DNA of 64,000 nt from a virus. Lineage: Duplodnaviria; Caudoviricetes. The stretch lies in IMG/VR virus record IMGVR_UViG_3300028888_000052. The stretch is one strand, 5' to 3'. Positions 10,214 through 20,580 of the stretch are shown piece after piece. How positions within the stretch are numbered: position 1 is the first letter of the stretch; every line of letters begins with the position of its first letter. The position numbers and the translations under genes are program-made. A model generated the notes under the pieces. The model ran no database searches and was not told the origin of the DNA. It saw only the letters and a list, made by a program, of their open reading frames with translations.

Positions 10214-11689
10214 TTATTTAATATAAAATCTTTGATTGAATATATTTTCTCTAATTTTGGTTTCAAGTTCATTTGGTATAAATTTTCCCATTTGAAAATA
10301 AATTTGATTATTAATACAATTAAATCTTGCTGTATAATATTTTACTTTTTTAGTATTAGAATATTCCGTTTCATTTGTATATATATAGTTATCAGTTTCT
10401 AAACGATATCTAACATTTGGTAATGATTGACCATCTTGACGCATTATTATATAACTATTATTGTCATAACATTGATTAACATATTCATGACCATCTAATC
10501 CGTATAAATATAATGGGTTAAATTCACCTTGAGTTAAAATTTCTGATGGGATATTATGATTTACAACATAAAAATCATTTTCATTATACATACCACCAGA
10601 GTCAGAAAATGTTTTATTTGTTATTTCAAAATATAATGAATTATTAAAATATGTATTTGGGTTAGCAAAAACATCAATATCACCATATTGTCCTTGAGAA
10701 GTTTTATAAACATCTTCTGATAAATTTTTAATATCTATTAAATATTCTAATACAACATTATTAGAATCATTATTTTGAATTGTAAATGTTGTTGATGAAT
10801 ATTCAGATAAAATTAAATTATCAATTATAATTTCACTATCATGATAAATACAATTTATTAAATTATTTTCTTTATCGAATATTTGTATATTATTTATATT
10901 ACCTAAATATTTTTTATCCTTTTTAAATAAACGTAATTGATAATTAATTTCAAATGCTGAATTATTGGTTATACTTAATTCTCTTTGGTTTGTTAATTCT
11001 TTTACTGTTTCCACTGAAGAAATTTCTAAAATTTTTATAGATGAACCAGAGCCAGAACCAGAACCAGAACCACCACTTGGATAATCAGGATATGTATATT
11101 GTACATTTATAGAATTACTAACTTGATTTCCTTTTATATCAAAAATCATTATATTTGCATCTATATTATGTTGACGAATCATTAATAATTGGTTATTTAA
11201 TTCTTCTATTGATAATGGTAAAGTATTCCATATCATATAAGAAGCCTCATCATTTACAATAATATAAAAATAAGGTATTGTTTTATTTATTTCTATATTA
11301 TTAATATTTTCTATTTCTAAGTATATTTTATATTGATCTTGATTATATGATAATTGTATAAGATCTTCTGATGTTTCAATTTCAATTTGTTCATCATTGT
11401 CGGATCCTGAATCAGAACCAGAACCAGCATTAATAGGCTCTTCTACTTGCTCATCAAATGGAATAATTTCTCCACCATGATTTATAATATATTGTTTCAA
11501 ATCATCGATATGATTGAAAATATTTCTAGGCTTGACAACTGGTACATATTTAGATGAATAGTAAACTTTTTCACATTCTTCTCCATCAAATAAAGCAGAT
11601 ACATTTACATCTTCTGCTCTACCTATTTTAAGACCATTGTCATTAAAGTTTTGGCCTAAATGTATAAGGGATATTTTTCTTAATGCCAT
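10214..11689 (-). CDS. Hypothetical (likely virion) protein with Gly-Ser linkers
   Basis: 491 aa; AGSGSDSGSD and SGGSGSGSGSGSS linkers encoded by GAACCA hexamer repeats. Confidence 0.5.
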   Translation of the reverse strand: MALRKISLIHLGQNFNDNGLKIGRAEDVNVSALFDGEECEKVYYSSKYVPVVKPRNIFNHIDDLKQYIINHGGEIIPFDEQVEEPINAGSGSDSGSDNDEQIEIETSEDLIQLSYNQDQYKIYLEIENINNIEINKTIPYFYIIVNDEASYMIWNTLPLSIEELNNQLLMIRQHNIDANIMIFDIKGNQVSNSINVQYTYPDYPSGGSGSGSGSGSSIKILEISSVETVKELTNQRELSITNNSAFEINYQLRLFKKDKKYLGNINNIQIFDKENNLINCIYHDSEIIIDNLILSEYSSTTFTIQNNDSNNVVLEYLIDIKNLSEDVYKTSQGQYGDIDVFANPNTYFNNSLYFEITNKTFSDSGGMYNENDFYVVNHNIPSEILTQGEFNPLYLYGLDGHEYVNQCYDNNSYIIMRQDGQSLPNVRYRLETDNYIYTNETEYSNTKKVKYYTARFNCINNQIYFQMGKFIPNELETKIRENIFNQRFYIK

Positions 11690-11708
11690 ATATTAGTTTA
11701 TATTTTAT

Positions 11709-13268
11709 TTAAAAATAATCAACAATTTCTGATAATTTATTTTCTAATTCTTTACTCCAACCTTCTACACTATTAGTTACAAATTTTATATTAGGATTAT
11801 CTAAAGCCTTTTGAAACTCTTCTTTATATATTTTATTATTCCAAATTCCTAAACGAATTTCATCATCCTTTATAGGTTCTCCATGTTTGAAATAATTAAA
11901 GTAAATATCTTCTACAACATAACTTTCTTCAAACATATTAAATTTTTTCCATATTTCATTAATCTTGTTAAATTCAAAATAACATGGATAATGTATAGTA
12001 TAATTATAATGAGGAAGGTTTTCTCTATTTAATAATTGTTTTGTTTTCCATTTATCATGACTCCAATATGAAACTGGTGATTTTTCATTACCTGTAAAAT
12101 TATTAGCTCTATAATATATTCTTTTAATATCATCAATATTAAAAGGTTTTATAGGATAATAATCATCACATATCCATATAAATCCATCATATATTTTATG
12201 ATATTGTTCATATATTACTTTAAATTTGTTTTGAATATCTATATGAGGAAAATATTGATTAGGTGTTTTCTTGAATAACTTGAAATAAATAAATTCCACC
12301 CAAGGAAATTCTTTTTTCAAATTCAAATCAAATTCACCTATAACTATAAAATGATATTTGAATTTACAGAATTTTTTCCAACCAGTTAATGTCAATCTAA
12401 TTTCATTACCTTGTGCCCCATTATATTTATAAGGCATAACAACTAATATTTCTTCATTCATAAGGTTTTCTTTTAAATAATTCATATCAGGATTTATTTT
12501 GAAAAATGCTTCACATGTTCTTAGTTTACCAAAGAAATAACCACGTGACTTCATTTTCCAAACATATTCTTCCCAAGATTTTGTAATATAATGCCTTATA
12601 TATATTTTATCAAATACTGGTTTATTTCTATTTTTAGTAAAATTAGTTCTACAAAAATTACAATATTTGCTTGGTTGGTGAGTATATAAGAAATAATTTT
12701 CTTGATAAGTATTTAAGTTATAACAAGTTTTAGTAAGTGATTGTGGAGTTGCACTCGGTACATAACCTTGTATTTCTTTAGTATATGTTTCTACAATTCC
12801 TTTATCTTTGTAATTTGGTTTATTAACTAATCCATTTGCTCCATAACATTTCCATTGCATTATAAAAGCATCATAATCATTAAATAAAGATATCACATTT
12901 TGTAGATTATTATTTTCTAATGTTATAAACTCATCATTATCTATTACAAAGCACCAATCATACTTTTTTAATGTTTTCAAATAAGATAATCCTTTTCTAA
13001 TATAAATATATTGTGGATTATCATTATGATTGTCACTTTTAATTGTCTTTGATTTTATAACTTTATTTTTATCATCTCCACTTAATATAGATGTAATTGG
13101 AAGTAAAGTAACTTTATCATATTTATTAGTTATTCGTTCATGAGAATCACTACCAATATCTTCAAAAATAAAAATATGATCTATTCCTAAATTTAGATGA
13201 TATCGAATCCATTCATCTAAATATTCATGTTCATTTTTTATAACTGTTAAAATACAAGATGTGTTCAT
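11709..13268 (-). CDS. Two-domain glycosyltransferase (GT2/GT92-like N-terminal domain plus a second GT-A-like domain)
   Basis: KNEHEYLDEWIRYHLNLGIDHIFIFED, DWCFVIDNDEF, IRHYITKSWEEY; second domain EIRLTL...FIWICDDYY. Confidence 0.75.
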   Translation of the reverse strand: MNTSCILTVIKNEHEYLDEWIRYHLNLGIDHIFIFEDIGSDSHERITNKYDKVTLLPITSILSGDDKNKVIKSKTIKSDNHNDNPQYIYIRKGLSYLKTLKKYDWCFVIDNDEFITLENNNLQNVISLFNDYDAFIMQWKCYGANGLVNKPNYKDKGIVETYTKEIQGYVPSATPQSLTKTCYNLNTYQENYFLYTHQPSKYCNFCRTNFTKNRNKPVFDKIYIRHYITKSWEEYVWKMKSRGYFFGKLRTCEAFFKINPDMNYLKENLMNEEILVVMPYKYNGAQGNEIRLTLTGWKKFCKFKYHFIVIGEFDLNLKKEFPWVEFIYFKLFKKTPNQYFPHIDIQNKFKVIYEQYHKIYDGFIWICDDYYPIKPFNIDDIKRIYYRANNFTGNEKSPVSYWSHDKWKTKQLLNRENLPHYNYTIHYPCYFEFNKINEIWKKFNMFEESYVVEDIYFNYFKHGEPIKDDEIRLGIWNNKIYKEEFQKALDNPNIKFVTNSVEGWSKELENKLSEIVDYF

Positions 13269-13573
13269 ACAAATGGGTTATCTTTTAAAGCTTCTAATAT
13301 TTTTTCACAATATATACAATCTTCTCTAAAACTTAGAACTTGTGCAACAGTCAAATCAAACCATTCATTTTTGACATTAGATAAATGGTGTTTATTATGC
13401 ATCATTTTCTCTATTTTTAATGGGTTATCTGTCTCATAATAAGAATGCAACCATATTTCATTAGGATTGCCTGTTTGAAGTTCTTTAATTCTCTTATTTA
13501 TATCTTTTTGTTTGGTCATTCCTATCTTGAATTTCTCACCATCACAAAGTAGATAAACAAAACCTCTATTCAT
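13265..13573 (-). CDS. GIY-YIG (T5orf172/MUG113-like) protein
   Basis: GFVYLL...FKIGMT...RIKELQTGNP...E..MH...NEWF. Confidence 0.85.
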   Translation of the reverse strand: MNRGFVYLLCDGEKFKIGMTKQKDINKRIKELQTGNPNEIWLHSYYETDNPLKIEKMMHNKHHLSNVKNEWFDLTVAQVLSFREDCIYCEKILEALKDNPFV

Positions 13574-13651
13574 ATCTATTAAATTTCAATATTTATATAT
13601 TTAATAATATCAAATAAATTTTAATTACTCAATAATATTTTATATATACTA

Positions 13652-13693
13652 TTTGAAATTTATAAAATAAATTCTATATTATATTTGTAAAAC
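13652..13693 (+). promoter_or_regulatory. Early phage promoter
   Basis: TTTGAA-N16-CTATATT-ATATT-TGTAAAAC upstream of 13709. Confidence 0.75.
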
Positions 13694-13708
13694 GAAATAT
13701 TTAATAAG

Positions 13709-13978
13709 ATGAAACAACTTATATCGGATAAAATGTTCATTAAAGCTCTTAGAGCTTATGGTGAAATAACACATAATGATTTAGTCAAAATTTTTAATGA
13801 TTATGATAATAATCCTCTTATTATACATGATAAGGTAATTGATTCAATGTATGTCGGTAGAGGAGTTGGTTTATGTTTTTCTTATAAAGAAAATGGTAGA
13901 GAATTTGAGTTTTCTGACCAAAGTATCGAAGATTTTGAAAATGAAGATATAAAAAAGGTATATAACTATATAAAATAA
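13709..13978 (+). CDS. Hypothetical early protein
   Basis: ORF directly after promoter motif. Confidence 0.55.
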   Translation: MKQLISDKMFIKALRAYGEITHNDLVKIFNDYDNNPLIIHDKVIDSMYVGRGVGLCFSYKENGREFEFSDQSIEDFENEDIKKVYNYIK

Positions 13979-13979
13979 T

Positions 13980-14234
13980 ATGAAGAATAGTCTTTATGTA
14001 AAGAACTCCATTGAAAATCTTAAGGAGTATGCAAAATCCAAAGGATTCAAGATTGTTTGGAGGAATGTAACAACCAACTGTGGAGATTTTTGTATTTTCA
14101 TTTACAAGCTCAATACAGGTTATCATTCAAGGTATTTAGTAGGTTTTGATGGTGATTGGGATGCCACAGATAATCGTTCTTTCGACAACTGTTGGGAAGC
14201 TGCACATGAATATATAAGAAATTATAATAAGTAA
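13980..14234 (+). CDS. Hypothetical early protein
   Basis: Tightly packed + ORF. Confidence 0.55.
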   Translation: MKNSLYVKNSIENLKEYAKSKGFKIVWRNVTTNCGDFCIFIYKLNTGYHSRYLVGFDGDWDATDNRSFDNCWEAAHEYIRNYNK

Positions 14235-14236
14235 TT

Positions 14237-14476
14237 ATGAGAGCAAATTTTCAATGGAATCCAGTAACTTGGGAGCCTAGAGATTTTAATGCACCTATAT
14301 TGGCTTGGACAAACAACAATAAGTTGATTGTTTTCAAAGATACTAAAGGTTATTTAAATGGTGATACTAAACACCCATTTTCTAATTGGAAATGGTTGGT
14401 TGAAAAGTATAACATCAAGTTTTGGGTTTATCAAACAGCCGTTATCAATGAACATCCTTATGATTATGATGATTAA
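14237..14476 (+). CDS. Hypothetical early protein, paralog of 35543-35767
   Basis: Shared W....E/P....P....T.NN....F..T......W.....K.WVYQ pattern. Confidence 0.6.
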   Translation: MRANFQWNPVTWEPRDFNAPILAWTNNNKLIVFKDTKGYLNGDTKHPFSNWKWLVEKYNIKFWVYQTAVINEHPYDYDD

Positions 14477-14491
14477 TTTTTTCTAATATTA

Positions 14492-14533
14492 TTTGAATTT
14501 TTTAAGATAGTTTCTATATTATATTTGTAAAAC
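14492..14533 (+). promoter_or_regulatory. Early phage promoter
   Basis: TTTGAA-N16-CTATATT-ATATT-TGTAAAAC. Confidence 0.75.
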
Positions 14534-14544
14534 AAATAAATGAT

Positions 14545-14802
14545 ATGAAATACGTAAATCTTTCAGAACTCGAATTAAATAAGGATTACATTTTCTGTTG
14601 GCTAGATGGTGAGAATATCTTCAACCCACTTAATGCCATAGTTAAAAGTGATGGTTCAAAGAGGATTTTGGTAGACCCAGATGATGAGTTTTATGTATTT
14701 CATTTTCTTGAATTTGTAAAGGACAAAGAAGCAAGGTTACTTGTTTTTGATAATGTCAAAGAAGCTTATGATTGGTGTTGGAATGCTAATTTAAATAATT
14801 AA
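14545..14802 (+). CDS. Hypothetical early protein (family with 41414-41737 and 63891-end)
   Basis: MKYVNLSELELNKDYIFCWLDGENIFNPLNAIV vs MEYKNIKKFKNNENVILAWKDDENKFWPYNVIV. Confidence 0.6.
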   Translation: MKYVNLSELELNKDYIFCWLDGENIFNPLNAIVKSDGSKRILVDPDDEFYVFHFLEFVKDKEARLLVFDNVKEAYDWCWNANLNN

Positions 14803-14934
14803 ATAATATGTATCACGAATATTTAGATCATCACAATGAAAATTATACTGGTATCGAAGGATGCTACAATGGTATGGATGCTAATGATTATGCATTTGAG
14901 AAGGCTTTAGAACAACTTGAAAATTGTTAATATT

Positions 14935-15096
14935 ATGGAAAGATCTGAACTTTGGGAAGTAATTGAAAATTTGAAAGATAGTTTAGGTGCAGAACAGCTT
15001 TTAGATGCTTTATGTATGTCACTTGATTCTGACACTCTTGAGGATCACCTTCGCTATATTGATAGAAATTATGAAACTAATTGTTTTGAAGATTAA
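14935..15096 (+). CDS. 53-aa protein, paralog of 18792-18977 lacking the capsid-targeting leader
   Basis: Manually translated MERSELWEVIENLKDSLGAEQLLDALCMSLDSDTLEDHLRYIDRNYETNCFED; below the ORF-track cutoff. Confidence 0.7.
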   Translation: MERSELWEVIENLKDSLGAEQLLDALCMSLDSDTLEDHLRYIDRNYETNCFED

Positions 15097-15102
15097 TATA
15101 AT

Positions 15103-18100
15103 ATGAAACTCATAAGTACATTACGATTAAAGACATCACTTGAGAAAACTACAAAAGTTATTTCAGAAGATTGTAGTCTTGGGCAAGCAATCACAATGAT
15201 TGAATCTTGGTGCTACGATAATGGAGCAAATTACCCACAAACTTGTGATTTGTGGAAAACTGATGGAAATATTCGTGTACGAGTTACAACCCGAGACAAT
15301 AAATATATTAATATTTTTGACATAACTGATTAAAATTAAATAATATGAACATTACACGTAAAGCATTAGAGTTTGAAAAGTGGTTTAATAGCCCTGAATT
15401 TCCTGAAAATTTAGAAAAGGCCGATGTTGAGGAATGCGTACTGGCTTGGGCTGATGCGACTGAAACTGATCTTGGTGATAACTTAAATGAGATTTGTGAA
15501 CGAATTGTTGAACTTGGTATTTGCTAAATAAGTAAAAAATGAAAAAGAATAATAGTTTTTATTACTGCTTGATTTTCTTGGTATTGTTTTTGGTTTGTGG
15601 TTTGTTTGAAGCCGCAATTGTAACGTCAGAAACATTGTCATCAAATGGTGAGAAGTTTTTTTGGTCTGCACTTAATGTAGGCATTATGATTGGCATTCCT
15701 GTAGCAATAATTTCAGTTAATAAATTGTCAGATTAAAATGAAAAACTTGGTTAACGATTATTATAAGTACGAAGATTCAGATAAGTATCAAAAGACTTCA
15801 AAGAAGAATAACAAGAATAAGTGGAAGTAAAATGAGAAAGAAAGTTATTAAGAATTGGAAGGTTATTATACCTAACCTTGATAGTGTAACGGCTTTTAAG
15901 ATTTTTAAAAATCGGACCATAGATGGTAAACTATATGATATCATTGGTCTTCGTTTGGGTTGGAGAGCTTTCCAGTCGGATATCAATTCTTTAGATAATG
16001 AGAGTTTTAGTTCTAAGGAGATATTATCAGATAAATGGGAAATTATGCTTCCTGATGACGAGATGGAAGCAATTCTCTACAAAATGAGAGATATGTATAA
16101 AGAGGAGCATTTTAGTGGATTAAGTTTTGATAAGATTGATAATATGTCCATTAGTGATCTTTATCATGCTCTTATAGATCATATGAGTAGTCTCGATGAT
16201 ATGAATAAATATCGTATTGCTAAGTGGATTATTGAAAATAAAATTTATAAGAAAGTATAATGGAAGCAAATATAATTAATTTGATAATGTTTGTTGTTAC
16301 CCTTTTGATTTGGGTTATACTTATAACTCATAAACATTTTAAGTGGTATACACATCTATTAGCAGGTATTTGTGGATTCTTTTTGGGTCAAACCATTGTT
16401 GGAGTATGTGGGCATGATACATTGATTAGTTTGTTAATGAAATAATATTATGGATTATTTTGATAATATTGGAAACAAAATTGAAGTAGGGGATGAAGTA
16501 TTAATCCTAGTTCCTAAAACTGATAAGACATATCGTCGTGGGACTGTTAAAGATTTTAAGAATGCATTCTCACATGGGCCAAATCATTTTCATTGTGAAG
16601 TTCTTGTTGAGTATGATGATGGTCGTCTTTATTGTAATCAATATAGATGGGATAGACAAGATAATACTCCTATAAAATTCACTAAGAAAGTTACAAAGGC
16701 ATGGAGAAGTAATTCAGATATTGTAAAGTATAAACCTGAATATTTTAAATAATTATGAGATTTGGAAATGTAGCTCTTTATTGCAAAGGTTGGTATGCAT
16801 ATCGACATGGTACTTGCAAGAATATGTGGATGGACATGATTCATTGTATCAATGCTGATGGGTGGTCACTTTGGTCAAAGAAAGATGTTGTAGAATGGTG
16901 TATACATCGTCTTGATGCTATGCGAAATGATGAGAAACTTTATAATATTAGTAATCAGCTATCATTGTCATATTTTTGGAATGAAGTGAATGAAATTATT
17001 CGTAGAGATTCTTGGTACTATCATGAGGGTCTTGATTTTGAAGATGCCATCATTCTTCATTTTAGAAATATTATCTCTAATCTCGAAATGAAGTATTTCG
17101 ATGAGATGCTTGTAAAGCCAAATGAGAATGTACTCCCATTGCATTATAGAGAGGCATATTATAATGATGGTAAATATAATTATAATCATGAACCGAGTTT
17201 TACATTTGCTGAGATGCATTGTGACGTAATAGATCGTATCAATGAGTCTTTTGCAGATTGTAAAGATCAAGAAATTGACGAAAATGAATTTGAGAAAACT
17301 GAAGCTTGGATTCGAGGAAAGAATTGGGAAGATGTAACTATCATTATTGGAACAGATAGTCTTCTTGATTGTGAAGAGGTGCAGCTTTCAGGAAATTTTC
17401 TCAATAATACTAATAATAAGCATTATAAAGATGATGATTTTCTTGATTTGAATATTTATGATCATACGGTGAATTTTGATGATAATAAAACATATGTATG
17501 TCGTGTCAAAAAAGAAATTGAACATTGGGAATGGGGAGATGATGTAAAATATAAATTGATGTCTGTATTGAAAGAAATTTAATTATGAAAGATTATTTAA
17601 TGTTTTTTTGCTTTACCTGTATTTTTATATGGTTTTTAGTTTTTCATGTGGATGAACATAAAATGCATGAAGAAGTATTAGATTCAATTAAAAAAGTAGA
17701 ATTGAAAATTGATACTTTACAAAATACTATGATAAAATATGAAGAAAATAATCTATAATGATATTAATGATGATAAGCAAAATCTTGTTTTAATTATTCG
17801 TAATATCATTCCATTTTATTCTAAGAAAAATTTTCATGTGAAAATCTTAAATTGTAATAAATGGATTACTGTATTAAATACAAGACCTTTGCAAACAGAA
17901 TTTTATTCTCATGAAATATTTAGGCTTCAAGAAATATTGAATGATAGTGCAAATATAAATCTATCTTTTGGTAATTTTGAAATAGGAAGATTATCAATGG
18001 ATCTTCTATTTAAAGTTGGTAATTTATTTTGTAAAGATGAATAATATGAAAGAATATGATCGGATAGGTACAGCCTATCAAGATTTAAAAGATCTTAAAG

Positions 18101-18563
18101 AAAAATATGATCAATGTCGTAAATATCAGACACAATTAAAGATGGATTATAATAATTGGCCTGGTCCTCCAGAATCATATTCTAAAAGAATATGGGAAGA
18201 TTCTATATCTGAACAAATTGGAATTAATCGTGAAGAACTAAGAGATAAAGAAAATCAAATTAAAGAGCTTCGCAAGATTATCAAGAAAATGAATAGAGAA
18301 CAAAACTTAAAGAATAATAAAAGAAATTCATAACATCTTAAATTATAATTAACATGAAAAATATTAAAATTTATTTATTGATTGCTTTGTTTAGTATCTT
18401 GTCATTTATTGGTGGTGTTACCATTAATTCTATGAATGCTTACCCAAGTCCTACCGAAATGAATTATGCTGGTAATATTCAATATAAGCGAGTATATGTA
18501 GATGGTAGATACTATGTTGTGTTTTGGAATTCAAATGGTCTTGCAGCTGTTAAGGAAAATTAA
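15103..18563 (+). other. Array of small hypothetical early genes (15103-15333, 15345-15527, 15539-15736, 15832-16260, 16260-16445, 16450-16752, 16755-17582, 17739-18044, 18016-18333, 18354-18563)
   Basis: Closely spaced co-oriented ORFs; 15539, 16260 and 18354 have hydrophobic TM/signal segments; no recognisable catalytic motifs. Confidence 0.55.
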
Positions 18564-18587
18564 AGGAGTAACATTAGTTACTCCTTT
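18562..18587. terminator. Bidirectional terminator between convergent genes
   Basis: AAAGGAGTAAC-atta-GTTACTCCTTT. Confidence 0.8.
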
Positions 18588-18592
18588 GTTGT

Positions 18593-18790
18593 TTATACAA
18601 TTTTATATCTTTTGAATTTCTTTCTTCTTTTATACATTTTTCCTGTCTTTATATCAATACAACATAATCCCATGTCACCACTGCCACCTTGTGTATTAGG
18701 TTCAGTTGGCATAGTAGGATTACCCATACCCATAGTATTAGTAGGTGTAGAAAATAATTCTTCTTGAAGATATTGTCTAATGTCTTTCAT
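18593..18790 (-). CDS. Small putative internal head protein
   Basis: MKDIRQYLQEE leader; basic C-terminus. Confidence 0.55.
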   Translation of the reverse strand: MKDIRQYLQEELFSTPTNTMGMGNPTMPTEPNTQGGSGDMGLCCIDIKTGKMYKRRKKFKRYKIV

Positions 18791-18791
18791 A

Positions 18792-18977
18792 TTACCAATG
18801 GATGTCGTAATTCCTGCAAATAAATTTTAATACTTTTTCCAAATCATCATCTGATAAACCTTGGCATATTTCATCAAGTAATTTATCAGCTCCTAATTCT
18901 TCTTTAAGTTCATCAATTTTATCCCAAAGCTTCTTATCTGATGAACCTTCATTAATTAAATCTTCTATTCTTTTCAT
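18792..18977 (-). CDS. Small putative internal head protein, paralog of 14935-15096
   Basis: MKRIEDLINEG leader + LWDKIDELKEELGADKLLDEICQGLSDDDLEKVLKFICRNY. Confidence 0.65.
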   Translation of the reverse strand: MKRIEDLINEGSSDKKLWDKIDELKEELGADKLLDEICQGLSDDDLEKVLKFICRNYDIHW

Positions 18978-18989
18978 ATATTATTTAAT

Positions 18990-19700
18990 TTATTTTCCTT
19001 CAAAATACCAACGTGCTTCTGCTTGGCGTCTTTTAATCAAACCTGGGTATTTTCTACCTTGAACATCTGATAAATGAGACCAAGTATTTCTAATTGCAGG
19101 ATTGTTTGGATTAGCAATAATCATTTTACAAATTTGTTTATTTAAGAATCCCATTCCAAAATTATAGCATCCTGAAGCTATTGCATCTTTTTGATTTTGA
19201 TTTAATTTAACTTTATTTGCATTAGCCCACCTATCAATACGATTTGCCGTATATTTAGCATGTTCTAAGAAAAGACCTTCTAATTCTTTTTGTGTCCATG
19301 TTCTTTTTATTGTGTCCATTAACTTACCATTTGGGTGATACAATAATCCATATCCATAAGTTAAATGACCTTTAGCATCATGTAAATCATAACCATTAAG
19401 ATCTTTTGAAGTCATAGTGTAGCCGAATTTTTTACCTGTCTCATATTGGCAAATAAAATTAATCATACCATCACTAAGTCCAGAATTATTAGTAACTTTA
19501 TTAGATGTTGTTTGTTGTGGTAATATAATAGCCCATGATTTAGGACCAACTACACCATCTGGGGTTAATCCTTTAGATTTTTGCCATTCTTTAACTTTTT
19601 TATCTGTATTAGGACCAAAGTTTCCATCTGGTGTCAAACCAAGATACTTTTGAAGTACCTTGACATCTTCTCCTTTAGAGCCTAATTTAATTGTAGTCAT
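18990..19700 (-). CDS. Endolysin: peptidoglycan-binding domain + GH24 lysozyme
   Basis: GSKGEDVKVLQ...DGNFGPNT..VKEWQ...GLTPDGVVGPKSW; YE, LTYGYG, LNQNQKDAIAS..YNFG, GLIKRRQAEARWY. Confidence 0.9.
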   Translation of the reverse strand: MTTIKLGSKGEDVKVLQKYLGLTPDGNFGPNTDKKVKEWQKSKGLTPDGVVGPKSWAIILPQQTTSNKVTNNSGLSDGMINFICQYETGKKFGYTMTSKDLNGYDLHDAKGHLTYGYGLLYHPNGKLMDTIKRTWTQKELEGLFLEHAKYTANRIDRWANANKVKLNQNQKDAIASGCYNFGMGFLNKQICKMIIANPNNPAIRNTWSHLSDVQGRKYPGLIKRRQAEARWYFEGK

Positions 19701-19709
19701 AATTGATTT

Positions 19710-19895
19710 TTATTTTTTTAAGTCTAAGTAAACTCTTGATAATATATTTGCCAAATCATCCCAACTTACTGGATCACGCATAGAATGATAACTGGCATTG
19801 AATAAATTAATTACTGAACTGGATGCACCATTATCTTGTAATTTATCAAGGTACATATTTTCATTTACTGAAATTAAATCTTCTATTTTTTTCAT
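19710..19895 (-). CDS. Small putative internal head protein
   Basis: MKKIEDLISVNEN leader. Confidence 0.55.
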   Translation of the reverse strand: MKKIEDLISVNENMYLDKLQDNGASSSVINLFNASYHSMRDPVSWDDLANILSRVYLDLKK

Positions 19896-19915
19896 ATTAT
19901 TTATTAAATATTTAT

Positions 19916-20347
19916 TTATGATAATGCCATATAGAATGTATCTTTACGAACTTCACCACCGACAATATAATATCTATCTAATGGGTATTTGTCTTGCAAT
20001 TTTTTATATGCTTCAAATTCCATATCATCATCAACAAATACTATAGAAGCTAATGTACTTCCCCATTTTGCAGATTCATGATTTTTATCAAATACTACAC
20101 GAACATTATAGGCATTTCTACTTTCTCCAGATATATTTTTAACACCTTTTAATAATCCTTTTGGATCGGCTTTATCTGGACAAGTACCCATGTTTTTCTT
20201 TACTTGGGATTCTTGATATTTACGATATTCTGAAGCTGTTTTTGAATCGGTTGTAATCCATCCACCATCCCAATTCTTTTCAGGCCATGGACCCATATAC
20301 ATTCTAACTTCATTTGATTCTGTTATATAACTATTTAGAGTTTTCAT
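19916..20347 (-). CDS. Putative internal head protein
   Basis: MKTLNSYITES leader. Confidence 0.6.
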   Translation of the reverse strand: MKTLNSYITESNEVRMYMGPWPEKNWDGGWITTDSKTASEYRKYQESQVKKNMGTCPDKADPKGLLKGVKNISGESRNAYNVRVVFDKNHESAKWGSTLASIVFVDDDMEFEAYKKLQDKYPLDRYYIVGGEVRKDTFYMALS

Positions 20348-20580
20348 TATTTATTTGGAAATAATTTTGATTGAACTTCTTTAACATTTGTTTTAAATTT
20401 ACTACTGTGGTCATATAAGACTCCAAGTATAGACATCTTTGCTCCATTTGCAAGTTTTGGTAATAAATCATCAAGTTTTTCTCCTTCTATAAGTTTAAGA
20501 ATTAAAACTTGTGGGGTCATTTTATCAAAATCTGGTGCTGCATAGTGGTCTTCATTTATTCTTTGTATTAAATCTTTCAT
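20347..20580 (-). CDS. Small putative internal head protein
   Basis: MKDLIQRINED leader. Confidence 0.55.
   Translation of the reverse strand: MKDLIQRINEDHYAAPDFDKMTPQVLILKLIEGEKLDDLLPKLANGAKMSILGVLYDHSSKFKTNVKEVQSKLFPNK

Noticed and set aside
13265-13573. Mobile homing endonuclease
   Set aside because: Only a 102-aa T5orf172-type domain, with no DNA-binding extension and no interrupted host gene.
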